DNA from: Acidimicrobiales bacterium
GTDB lineage: Bacteria > Actinomycetota > Acidimicrobiia > Acidimicrobiales > SZUA-35
DNA: 64,000 bases
Reading direction: 5' to 3'
Assembly: GCA_041594435.1 (NCBI GenBank)
Contig: JBFHME010000001.1
Span: 716 to 64,715, forward strand
Under the pieces are notes generated by a model, which saw only the letters and a list, made by a program, of their open reading frames with translations, made no database searches and was not told the DNA's origin. The translations under genes and the position numbers were made by a program. This document shows, piece after piece, positions 17,859 through 25,962 of the stretch (positions are counted from its first letter, which is position 1; the number at the start of each line of letters is the position of its first letter).

Positions 17859-18335
17859 ATGGCCACCATTGCTGAGGCCGCCGCGGACTTTCTGGCCAAC
17901 AAACGTGTCGCTGTCACCGGGGTGTCCCGGACACCTGGCGCGCACGCGGCCAATGCGGTGTACAACCGGCTGAAAGATCGGGGATACGAGGTTTTTGCGG
18001 TGAATCCCAACGCGACGGAAGTCGAAGGTGATCCCGCGTATCCCGACCTGGCGACCATCCCGGGAGGTGTCGACGCCGTTGTCATCGGCACCGCCCCCGA
18101 TCAGGCCCCGGCAACCGTGCAGGAGTGCATCGACCTCGACATCGGCCACGTCTGGTTTCACCGTGGTCCCGGTCGGGGTAGCGCCAACCCGGCGGCCGCC
18201 GATCTGGGACGGATCAACGGGCTTGCCGTGATCGACGGTGGATGCCCCTGCATGTTCGGTCCGACAGCCGATGTCGGCCACCGTGTCATGCGACCCATTC
18301 TTCAACTCACCGGTAGCGTGCCTCGGCAGGTGTGA
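17859..18335 (+). CDS. CoA-binding domain protein (YccU/CoA_binding_2-like)
   Basis: KRVAVTGVSRTPGAHAANAVYNRLKDRGYEVFAVNPN...VDAVVIGT...HVWFHRG. ATG 17859 follows GAGGAGGA. The rest of the 635-aa track ORF is antisense to the HPF gene. Confidence 0.85.
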   Translation: MATIAEAAADFLANKRVAVTGVSRTPGAHAANAVYNRLKDRGYEVFAVNPNATEVEGDPAYPDLATIPGGVDAVVIGTAPDQAPATVQECIDLDIGHVWFHRGPGRGSANPAAADLGRINGLAVIDGGCPCMFGPTADVGHRVMRPILQLTGSVPRQV

Positions 18336-18357
18336 CGGTCCGAACCGGCCCGGTGGT

Positions 18358-18618
18358 TCAGCCGGCCTCGTCGCCCTGGTTCATCGGGTAATCGAGCGAG
18401 AGATCGGTCCAGTCGATGTCCGCTGTGCCTTCTTCGCGACCGGTTGTGAGGTCGACGACCTCACACTCGACACCGGGCTGTTCCTCCCAATGGGCGATGA
18501 TGTCGGCCGCCTCCTGCTCGGACTCGCACGACTGTCGGTGAATCTCGACGCCGTGGCGGAGCACGACAACCTCGGTGATCGGTGCATCGCTCGGATCTTG
18601 CAAGTGTGAATCCGTCAT
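18358..18618 (-). CDS. Small acidic hypothetical protein
   Basis: 86-aa ORF whose start overlaps the stop of the upstream DUF4389 gene by 4 nt (translational coupling). No family recognised. Confidence 0.55.
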   Translation of the reverse strand: MTDSHLQDPSDAPITEVVVLRHGVEIHRQSCESEQEAADIIAHWEEQPGVECEVVDLTTGREEGTADIDWTDLSLDYPMNQGDEAG

Positions 18619-20165
18619 CTCATTGACCTTTCCTGAGGTTGCGGCCCGGTATCGACACGGTGAGAGCGACCGGCGAGCGCCGTGAACGTCGACACCACCT
18701 CGGGTCGGTCTTGCGCCTCGGGGACATCGAGTGCGGCGTCTTCAGGAGAGGGTCGAGGTGGGACCGACGGGGGAACGGATTCGGTCCCGCCCTGGTCGAG
18801 CCGGAACGGTGGATACCGGTCCGTCATCAGCGCAGCATAGGCGATGACCCGGTAGACCCAGCGGTTCAGGCCGATGATCAGATCGAACAGATTACGAGGG
18901 TAGCCGCCTGTCACCAGCAGGATCACGGCCGCCACGAGCGTCAAGATGCCGACCAGACCGCCGCCGGTCGGACCCCAACCGATCGAGGCGCCGCCGTCGG
19001 TCTGCCATCTGAACCCGCCACCGGCGATCACGGCCACCACCACGTAGTGGGGCAGGGCCAGCAGCCACCACTTGACCAGCACCAGGCCCCGGGACAGTTG
19101 CTCCGGATACTCGACGTCGAGTGTGGCCGGATAGTCCGGTTCGTGGCCGAGGCTGAACGGTGGATACCGGTCGGTGCCGAGTCCGCCACTGAACGCGTAG
19201 TAGGAAACCCGCCAGCTCCAGCGGAGCACGCCGACGTTGAAGTCGAAGATGCTGCGGGGGTAACGGCCGGTGAACGCGATGACGAACCCGGCCACGATCG
19301 TCGTCATCAGGAAGGCGATCCAGAGCAGGACGAGAACGAGCAGATGGGGAATGGCGAGCAGCCATTTGATCAACCACATCCAGGGTGAAAGGTTCGGATC
19401 GAGGCGGGCTTCCAGCGACAGCGGATAGGGAGCCGGAGCGGGGGCCGCGGCGCCGTCTCCGACCGTGGTGGAGGGCGACTCGGAGGTTTCGGGTTCGGCT
19501 CCGAGGCCTCTGCCGCCGGCAACGATCAGTATGACGGCGCCCGCAATGGTGAGCACGCCGGCACCCAGGAGGCCCATGGCCACCGGCAGCACCGCCGCTG
19601 AGCGAACCCCGACGTCGACATCGACGTTGATGCCCGGTGATCCGTCGGCGTTCATCACGGCGACCGCCCACGTGCCGGATTCGGCCTCCCACACCAGCTC
19701 CTGGGTTCCGTCACCCGAAACCGAGATCGTCCAGAAGTCCTGGCCGGTCGGTGGGCTGACCGAGGCCGCGCCGGACCGGGAACGGAAGACGGCCTCCAGA
19801 CCGTCGTCGACCTCGAAAATCTCGTCGTGGGCCACGCCGGACAGGTACTCGTCGAGGTCGGCCTCGGGTGCCACGCCGACGAAGATCGGGCGTTGGCCGT
19901 CGGCGCCGGTGACCCGCAGCCTCACATCGGTGTCCAGGATGTCGATCACCCAGTCGGGAGTGCCGGGATCGGTGGCCAGATCGATCCGTTCGGCGGTCAC
20001 GGCCGCGGTCGGGCTGACCAGCGGATCGAGGGTCGCCTCGATGAAACCGTCGTCGGAGCGGGCGGCATAGCTTCCCCCCAGAACGGTGCCCGACACCAGC
20101 AGCACGGTGGCTACCAGACCGAGCAGGCTTCCGAGGACCAGGGCGACAATTCGTGTTGCTCTCAT
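18615..20165 (-). CDS. Membrane protein with extracytoplasmic N-terminal domain and two DUF4389-like modules
   Basis: Two copies of LLAIPH..V....(I)A......AF.....TGRYPR..FD...G..RW..RV..YA......DRYPPF. N-terminal TM. GGGAGGAG RBS. Confidence 0.8.
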   Translation of the reverse strand: MRATRIVALVLGSLLGLVATVLLVSGTVLGGSYAARSDDGFIEATLDPLVSPTAAVTAERIDLATDPGTPDWVIDILDTDVRLRVTGADGQRPIFVGVAPEADLDEYLSGVAHDEIFEVDDGLEAVFRSRSGAASVSPPTGQDFWTISVSGDGTQELVWEAESGTWAVAVMNADGSPGINVDVDVGVRSAAVLPVAMGLLGAGVLTIAGAVILIVAGGRGLGAEPETSESPSTTVGDGAAAPAPAPYPLSLEARLDPNLSPWMWLIKWLLAIPHLLVLVLLWIAFLMTTIVAGFVIAFTGRYPRSIFDFNVGVLRWSWRVSYYAFSGGLGTDRYPPFSLGHEPDYPATLDVEYPEQLSRGLVLVKWWLLALPHYVVVAVIAGGGFRWQTDGGASIGWGPTGGGLVGILTLVAAVILLVTGGYPRNLFDLIIGLNRWVYRVIAYAALMTDRYPPFRLDQGGTESVPPSVPPRPSPEDAALDVPEAQDRPEVVSTFTALAGRSHRVDTGPQPQERSMR

Positions 20166-20250
20166 TGTTGCTCCTCCCGATGAATCAGACTCGTGGATTC
20201 GTCGAGGCCCGGCGTCTCCTCCAGCGTGACTGGCTGCCCCGGATCCACCC

Positions 20251-20265
20251 AGAGTCGAAGGTCCC
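20251..20265 (-). promoter_or_regulatory. Candidate operator box g (minus strand GGGACCTTCGACTCT)
   Basis: About 85 nt upstream of the DUF4389 gene start (20165). Matches box b at 14 of 15 positions. Confidence 0.5.
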
Positions 20266-20294
20266 GGTGCCGGACGGGGGCTGCGCCTTCGATC

Positions 20295-21164
20295 TCACTC
20301 ACCCAGCGGAACGACGACCGTCGGCGACAACGGATGGTGCAACAGCGACGTGGTGGTCGAGCCGAGAAGCAGGTACGACACTCCCCGGTGACCGCGGGCG
20401 CCGATGATCAGCAGATCGGCAGCCTGCGCCAGCTCGCGCAGCACGATGCGGGGGTCACCGCGGCGCACCAGGGTTTCTATGGTGGCCGCCGGCCCGACGG
20501 CTTCGCCGGCCCTCGTGCGGACCATGGCGATGGTGCCCTCGACCATGGTGGCGGTCGACGCCTCGAGCTCGGAGTTCGGCAACGGTGGTTCGCCGAACAC
20601 GTGGTCGGTCCAGCAACCGACGGCGAGCACTTCACCAGCGGGATCGACGTGTCGAAGGGCCCAGTCGAGAGCCACGGCCGAGTTCGGCGAGCCGTCGATG
20701 CCGACGACGGCCCGGTTGATCGTCGGGTCGTTGTGATCGCCATCGGTGATGACGGCCACCGGCACCGTTGCGTGCTTCACACAGTAGGAGCCGACCGACC
20801 CGAACAGCGTCTCGGCCACGGCGCCCCGACCCCGGCTTCCAACGACGAGCAGGGAGGACTCGGCGGCAGCCCTCACCAGAGCCGGGCCGGCCTGATGGCG
20901 TACGAGCCGCGCCCGGTCCGCCACGGCGGGGAAGTCCTCGAGTGTGGCCTGTATCCGTTCTTCGGCGTCCTCCTTCACGACACGGTCGATCTCGAAGTAC
21001 ATGGCGGGCATCCCGAGTCCGTCCCCGAGCGGTTGCATGGCATAGGCCATCACCGGTGTGATCGGGCCCAGGACATCGGTCTTGGCCACGGCCCAGGCGA
21101 GCGCCCGTCTCGCGTGTTCCGACCCATCGATTCCGACGATGACCTCGCGGCGTTCGTTCTGCAT
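20295..21164 (-). CDS. Universal stress protein, tandem USP domains
   Basis: VIVGIDGSEHARRALAWAV...LLVVGSRGRGAVAETLFGSV and AVVGIDGSPNSAVALDWAL...LLIIGARGHRGVSYLLLGSTTTSLLHH. Confidence 0.9.
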   Translation of the reverse strand: MQNERREVIVGIDGSEHARRALAWAVAKTDVLGPITPVMAYAMQPLGDGLGMPAMYFEIDRVVKEDAEERIQATLEDFPAVADRARLVRHQAGPALVRAAAESSLLVVGSRGRGAVAETLFGSVGSYCVKHATVPVAVITDGDHNDPTINRAVVGIDGSPNSAVALDWALRHVDPAGEVLAVGCWTDHVFGEPPLPNSELEASTATMVEGTIAMVRTRAGEAVGPAATIETLVRRGDPRIVLRELAQAADLLIIGARGHRGVSYLLLGSTTTSLLHHPLSPTVVVPLGE

Positions 21165-21287
21165 TGTTGCCTCTCGGATCGCTGACTCGCACTCCCATGG
21201 TTTCCCGAACGGCGCCCACCGGCCAGAGGCGATGGTCCTGATCGCGCGGTTCCCACCGGAAGCGGCCCGCTTTGGGTCGTGGTGGTG

Positions 21288-22511
21288 TCAGCCGAGCGTC
21301 AGTTCGACCCGCCCGGATCCCTCGTCGAGCACGGCCGACACCCGATGCCAGCTGGCATCGAGTCCGGCCTCCAGCGCCAGGTCGTCGCCGGTTCTCCCAA
21401 GCGCGGGGTTGGATGGGTGCACCGTCAGCGTCATTCGGTCGAGATGGAGCGGGATCGCCTGGAGTTCGGTCGAGAAGGTTCGGTCGGGTTGCTCGGTGAC
21501 GGTGATCCGGACCATCAGTTCGTCTCGCCGGGACGGCTGGGGTGACGCCGAGAGCAGGTTGCCGAGTCCGTAGACCAGCCACTCGCCGTCGATCCGGTCG
21601 ATCGGCTGGACGACGTGAGCGTGATGGCCGACGATCAGGTCGATGTCGGGTGAGGCCAGCAGGTGGGATCCCAGGTCGCGCTGCGATCGGTTCGGAGCAT
21701 GCTGGTACTGGTCACCCCAGTGCAGGGACAGCAACAGGTACTCGGCTCCCGCGGCCCGGGCCCGGGCGGCGTCGGCCAGGATCACCTGCTCGTCGATACG
21801 GTTCGACAACCACGGCATGTCGGACGGCACGGCGAATCCGTTGAAGCCGTAGGTGTACGACAGGTGGGCCACCGTCACGTCGCCCGCCTCGATCCAGATG
21901 CTGTCGAACCGTTCCTCGGGGGTGCGGGCCGAACCTGTGTGTCCGAGATCGGCGGCATCGAGGACGCCAAGCGTCTCGGCCACCCCCCTGGACCCGTGGT
22001 CGAGGACATGGTTGGATGCGGTGCTGCAGGAGTCGTAGCCGACTCTCCGCACGTCGTGGGCGATGTCTCCGGGGGCCCGGAACACGGGAAACGAACGGAG
22101 GCGGGTGTTGTCGGCCGACAGGCTCACCTCGAGATGGCAGACGGCCCAGTCGACCTCGGCGATGAGGTCGGCAATCGGCGCGAGGAGCGACTCGTAGTCG
22201 TACTCCCGGTAGTCGTCGTCGGCGGCGTTGGCGGCGGCTGCGGCGTTGACCCGGCTGTGGAGGAGAAGGTCGCCGGTGAAGGCCATCGTGAAGGAGCGAC
22301 GACGCGGCTGGGTGGTCGTCTCGTCGGCGGCGTCGGGACCGGCGACGGTGCTTGTCGAGGAGTCGACCGTGGTTGTCGTGGGATCGACGGCCGGGCTCGA
22401 TGGTCGGACCACGCCGGTTGCCGGCCCGGCGACCTGGCTGTACTCCGCGGGCGCGCAGGCAACGGTCAGCGCGAGTAGCGCCGCTCCCACCAGGCCGCCG
22501 AGTCGAAGCAT
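21288..22511 (-). CDS. CapA-family (PGA_cap metallophosphatase-like) lipoprotein
   Basis: Lipobox LTVAC. CapA-like motifs FTGDLLLH, NHVLDHG, SLHWGDQY, VGHHAHVVQP. Confidence 0.85.
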   Translation of the reverse strand: MLRLGGLVGAALLALTVACAPAEYSQVAGPATGVVRPSSPAVDPTTTTVDSSTSTVAGPDAADETTTQPRRRSFTMAFTGDLLLHSRVNAAAAANAADDDYREYDYESLLAPIADLIAEVDWAVCHLEVSLSADNTRLRSFPVFRAPGDIAHDVRRVGYDSCSTASNHVLDHGSRGVAETLGVLDAADLGHTGSARTPEERFDSIWIEAGDVTVAHLSYTYGFNGFAVPSDMPWLSNRIDEQVILADAARARAAGAEYLLLSLHWGDQYQHAPNRSQRDLGSHLLASPDIDLIVGHHAHVVQPIDRIDGEWLVYGLGNLLSASPQPSRRDELMVRITVTEQPDRTFSTELQAIPLHLDRMTLTVHPSNPALGRTGDDLALEAGLDASWHRVSAVLDEGSGRVELTLG

Positions 22512-22617
22512 GCGATGAGTATGAGCTCATCCACCGTCGCCGGGAAGGGCCGATGGTCACATCGAACGCTCTCGGGTTCGGGTGATGAGTCGAGCAGCCA
22601 GGGAGCGGCCCCGAACG

Positions 22618-23598
22618 CTACGGCTCGTTGTGGACGATGGCGTCGACTCGATCTTCGATGTGCTTCTGCCAGAAGCTGACGACCCGTGGATTGGACTCGA
22701 CGGTTCCGAGGAGCCACGCCTTGAGGTGCGTGGCCTCGATGATCAGACGTTGCGCACCTCGGCGTTGTTGCGAGGCCATGAATCCCGGATGCCGGCCGAG
22801 TTCGGCCAGTGGATAGGGATCGACGGCGAGTAGTGAGCCGAGTCGAAGGGTCTGAGGCCGGCGGCGAGGTTCTCGAAGGGTGTGGAGGATCCGTGCCAGG
22901 TCGAGCATGTCACGACCTGGTCCGTCGTGGATCCACTCCCTGATGTCGGGATAACGGGTCAGGACGTTCTCCGTCATCGTTTCGACCTTGGCGGCGTCCT
23001 TTGCCCGCAGGCCCGAGATCGACCGCGTCAGGTAGTTCAGAATCGTGGTACCAGGATGGGAGGTCGGGGCGGGCGGCCGCCCGCCGATCACGAGTTGGAA
23101 CGTGTCGAAGGTTTCGGTCGTGATCGGCACCCGAAACGGGTAGAGCGCCTTGAATCCTTCAGTGATCGTCGTCTCCCGTCGGACGTCCGGGACGGTCGTG
23201 ACGTAGCGGTCGGCGAGGAAGATCCTCGCCACGGATCGAGCCGGTCGTCGGCGCTGATCGTGGAGCTCGGTCAGGGGTTTCAAGCCGAAGACGCTGATCT
23301 TCAGCTCGCCGCCGATCGACTCCTCACCCAGAAGCCGGACGGCCTCGATTTCCTGCGGGTCGGTCGAGAGGACGAGGGTGTCGAGATCCCGTACGGACCG
23401 GTCGGCTCTCAGCCGGGGGAGATCGCACGTCGCCGGAGCTCGGATCGTGCGCGACTCGAGGTCGATCTCCGTTTCATCGCTCAACAGCGCTGCTGCACCG
23501 TTGCCTCCGATGATCTGGACCGGAGGCAGATCCGACCGTTCGCCCAGCGCTCGAACAAACGTCTCCGTGATCTGACCACAGCGCATCTCGTCGGTCAC
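22618..23598 (-). CDS. Hypothetical protein (possible nucleotidyltransferase fold)
   Basis: 326-aa ORF with coding-like composition. IIGGNGAAALL ... RDLDTLVLS is loosely reminiscent of G[GS]...DxD NTase motifs. No confident family. Confidence 0.55.
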   Translation of the reverse strand: MTDEMRCGQITETFVRALGERSDLPPVQIIGGNGAAALLSDETEIDLESRTIRAPATCDLPRLRADRSVRDLDTLVLSTDPQEIEAVRLLGEESIGGELKISVFGLKPLTELHDQRRRPARSVARIFLADRYVTTVPDVRRETTITEGFKALYPFRVPITTETFDTFQLVIGGRPPAPTSHPGTTILNYLTRSISGLRAKDAAKVETMTENVLTRYPDIREWIHDGPGRDMLDLARILHTLREPRRRPQTLRLGSLLAVDPYPLAELGRHPGFMASQQRRGAQRLIIEATHLKAWLLGTVESNPRVVSFWQKHIEDRVDAIVHNEP

Positions 23599-23651
23599 CG
23601 GTCTCGCCGGTACCGGCGTCTTGTGTATGGACCGAGGATCGCCACGATTCG

Positions 23652-24146
23652 TCAGGCGAACGAGTCGCCGGGGCCGGGTGCCGAACCCGATCGGTTCGCG
23701 GCCTCCGTCGCCCGCCGGTGGTAGCGGCGAATGTAGGCCGACAGATAGGCGACGAAGCCGTGGAGGCAGATCGCCACGAAGCCGTACATGGCTGCGGCGA
23801 AGAGCAGCGAGGCGTCGAACACCGAACGACCGTCGATCTCCTGAATCGGGTACATGCCGCGGAAGGGCTGCATCGCCCGCTCCGTGGTTCGGTACATCCA
23901 GTCGACGAACGCCGCCTCCGGACTGGCTCCGGCCAGGTGGAGGAGGAAGCCGAGCGTCAGAATGGAGAAGGTGATGAGGATCACGACGTTGACCACCATG
24001 ACCAACGCCTTGGCCCCCCGCAACAACATCTCGATGGTTTCCGCGCTCACGAGCTCCGGTTCGGAGTCCTCCTCGTCGTCGTAGGCCGGACGGTCCGGCG
24101 GACGTTCGATGATGCCGGGATGCTTCCGATCGTTGACTGCGGTCAT
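23652..24146 (-). CDS. Hypothetical membrane protein (weakly YggT-like)
   Basis: Acidic N terminus and two or three TM segments. QPFRGMYPIQEIDGRSVFDASLLFAAAMY resembles the YggT loop motif. Confidence 0.55.
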   Translation of the reverse strand: MTAVNDRKHPGIIERPPDRPAYDDEEDSEPELVSAETIEMLLRGAKALVMVVNVVILITFSILTLGFLLHLAGASPEAAFVDWMYRTTERAMQPFRGMYPIQEIDGRSVFDASLLFAAAMYGFVAICLHGFVAYLSAYIRRYHRRATEAANRSGSAPGPGDSFA

Positions 24147-24186
24147 CTTTTCTGCTCCTTTCCGTTCGTCGCCCCTCGATCGTTGA

Positions 24187-25092
24187 TCATGTGCCGTCGA
24201 ACAGGATGCGGGTCACGGCGGCCTCCCAGATCCGGTCGTCTTCACCGCCCGACGTCGTCAGCACGAGCGCTCCACCGCCGGCCCCGGGGTCAGACCATTC
24301 GATGGTGGTTTCGAACGGCCGCGGTACGTCACCGCCACCGGTTGCGAAGGTCTCGACCAGCGGTCGGGTGCCGCCGTCGGTTCTCATGGTCACATCGACG
24401 TGGCCTTCGAAGGCGAGAGCCGTGCCGGTGATCGTCAACGGCGACTCGATCTCCGACATCGCCGTCGGCTGGGTGACCGTGATGTTGGCGGTCGCGGCTC
24501 CGAGGACCCACCAGGTGTCGTCGGAGCCGAGCAGACGAACGATCACGACGGTCACCGGGCCATCGGCCACCGGCCGAATCTCGACTTCGCCGGAGCGGCT
24601 GTCGCCCTGTTGGAACTCGCCGACCACGGGATCGGTGAACCCGATGAAGTCCACCGCGAAGCCCAGGGCCGCGTCGACCGGATCGGTGTAACGGGTGGCG
24701 GACTCGGGCCACGGCCACACGGCGCTGCGGTAGGTGTCGGGATCGGGCGCCGGCGTCGTGGTCGAGCTTGACGTTGCGGTCGAGTCCGTCTTGGTCGGCT
24801 CGGCCGTTGTCGTCGAGTCCGACGAGGCTGTTGTGGCGTCGGTGGTCGAGGCCGTGGTCTCCGCGGTGGTCGATTCCGTCGTCGTCGTGCCGGCGGTCGA
24901 TGTGTCGGTCGTGTCGATCGATGTGTCGTCGTTGCCGAGGAGGGCCAACACCACGACGATGACCACGATGGCCGAGATCAGAACGCCGGCGGCGAGAACA
25001 ACGAGCTCCGATGACGGTGGTCGGTTGTCGTCACGACCTCGTCCATTGGTGGGCATCGGTTGCCGATTGAAGACTTCCGGGTTGTCAGCCAT
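24187..25092 (-). CDS. Membrane-anchored protein with Thr/Ser-rich linker and Gmad2/GerM-like Ig-like domain
   Basis: Single TM, a 63-aa T/S/D-rich linker, then IESPLTITGTALAFEGHVDVTMRTDGG (Gmad2-like). Alternative GTG start at 25131. Confidence 0.7.
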   Translation of the reverse strand: MADNPEVFNRQPMPTNGRGRDDNRPPSSELVVLAAGVLISAIVVIVVVLALLGNDDTSIDTTDTSTAGTTTTESTTAETTASTTDATTASSDSTTTAEPTKTDSTATSSSTTTPAPDPDTYRSAVWPWPESATRYTDPVDAALGFAVDFIGFTDPVVGEFQQGDSRSGEVEIRPVADGPVTVVIVRLLGSDDTWWVLGAATANITVTQPTAMSEIESPLTITGTALAFEGHVDVTMRTDGGTRPLVETFATGGGDVPRPFETTIEWSDPGAGGGALVLTTSGGEDDRIWEAAVTRILFDGT

Positions 25093-25260
25093 CTCCGTGG
25101 CCCTTTCGTCGCGACGGTCTGACGCCGCCACTGACTACCAGTTTCATCGTCCGCCTCACCCGGTTGGGGTTCCAGAGTCCAAGGTCCTTGACACCGCGCG
25201 CCGGCATCACCAGGGCACGGGGCCGGACATCGCTGGTGACGTACTGTGACAGCAGGCATA

Positions 25261-25286
25261 TTTACCAAACGGTTGCGTATGGTAAA
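25261..25286. promoter_or_regulatory. Inverted repeat TTTACCA-N12-TGGTAAA, probable TetR operator
   Basis: Perfect 7-bp AT-rich arms that end 10 nt upstream of the TetR GTG (25296), within the divergent TetR / Gmad2 region. Confidence 0.5.
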
Positions 25287-25295
25287 CTGAGGGCT

Positions 25296-25886
25296 GTGAT
25301 CGAAACCGCCGAAACCAAACGCCGAGGTCGTCCCCGGGACCCATCACGGGATCGAATGATCCTGACGGCGGCCCGCGACGTGATGGCCCGACGCGGGTTC
25401 ACCGGCGCCACCATGGAGGAGATCGCCACCACTGCCGGCGTCGGCAAAGACACCCTCTACCGCCGTTGGTCGTCCAAGGAGCAGCTCGTCATCGATCTGG
25501 TGCAGACCATGGCCGGCGAGGCCGTCGGCCCGGTTCCGCTCGATCCCGATCCCCGCTTCAATCTCTTCACCTTTCTCAAGGACATCGTCCGCTTCAACCG
25601 CACCACCGATTTCGGGCCTCTGATCGCCGGCATTGTCGGCGAAGCGGCTCGCAACGTCGAACTGGCCGACAGTTTCCATGCGTTCTGGCGTCATCGTCGA
25701 GCGCTCGCTGCGGAGCTGGTGGCCGATGTCATCGGCCCCGAGGCCCCGGCTGAGGTCCTCGACCACATGCTCGACCGACTGCTCGCCCCCATCTACTACC
25801 GGCTCCTCCTCACCGGGGACGACATCAGCGACGAGTACCTCTGGGATCTCGTCGCCTCGATTCCCTGGTCGACCGAACCGGAATGA
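25296..25886 (+). CDS. TetR-family transcriptional regulator
   Basis: HTH region RDRMILTAARDVMARRGFTGATMEEIATTAGVGKDTLYRRWSSKEQL. GTG 25296 follows GAGGG. The upstream part of track ORF 25164.. is discarded. Confidence 0.85.
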   Translation: MIETAETKRRGRPRDPSRDRMILTAARDVMARRGFTGATMEEIATTAGVGKDTLYRRWSSKEQLVIDLVQTMAGEAVGPVPLDPDPRFNLFTFLKDIVRFNRTTDFGPLIAGIVGEAARNVELADSFHAFWRHRRALAAELVADVIGPEAPAEVLDHMLDRLLAPIYYRLLLTGDDISDEYLWDLVASIPWSTEPE

Positions 25887-25962
25887 TCCGGTCACGTGCC
25901 CACCGCTCGAACCACTCCCCCCAAGCAACCAAACCTAGAAGAGAAGAAGAAAGAAGGCTGAC

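Noticed and set aside
16428-18335. 635-aa plus-strand ORF, the longest ORF in this part of the track
   Set aside because: Its first ~477 codons are antisense to the well-supported HPF-fusion gene and have no recognisable domains (Arg/Gly/Pro-rich high-GC artefact). Only the last 158 codons, from ATG 17859 with a GAGGAGGA RBS, form a CoA-binding protein.
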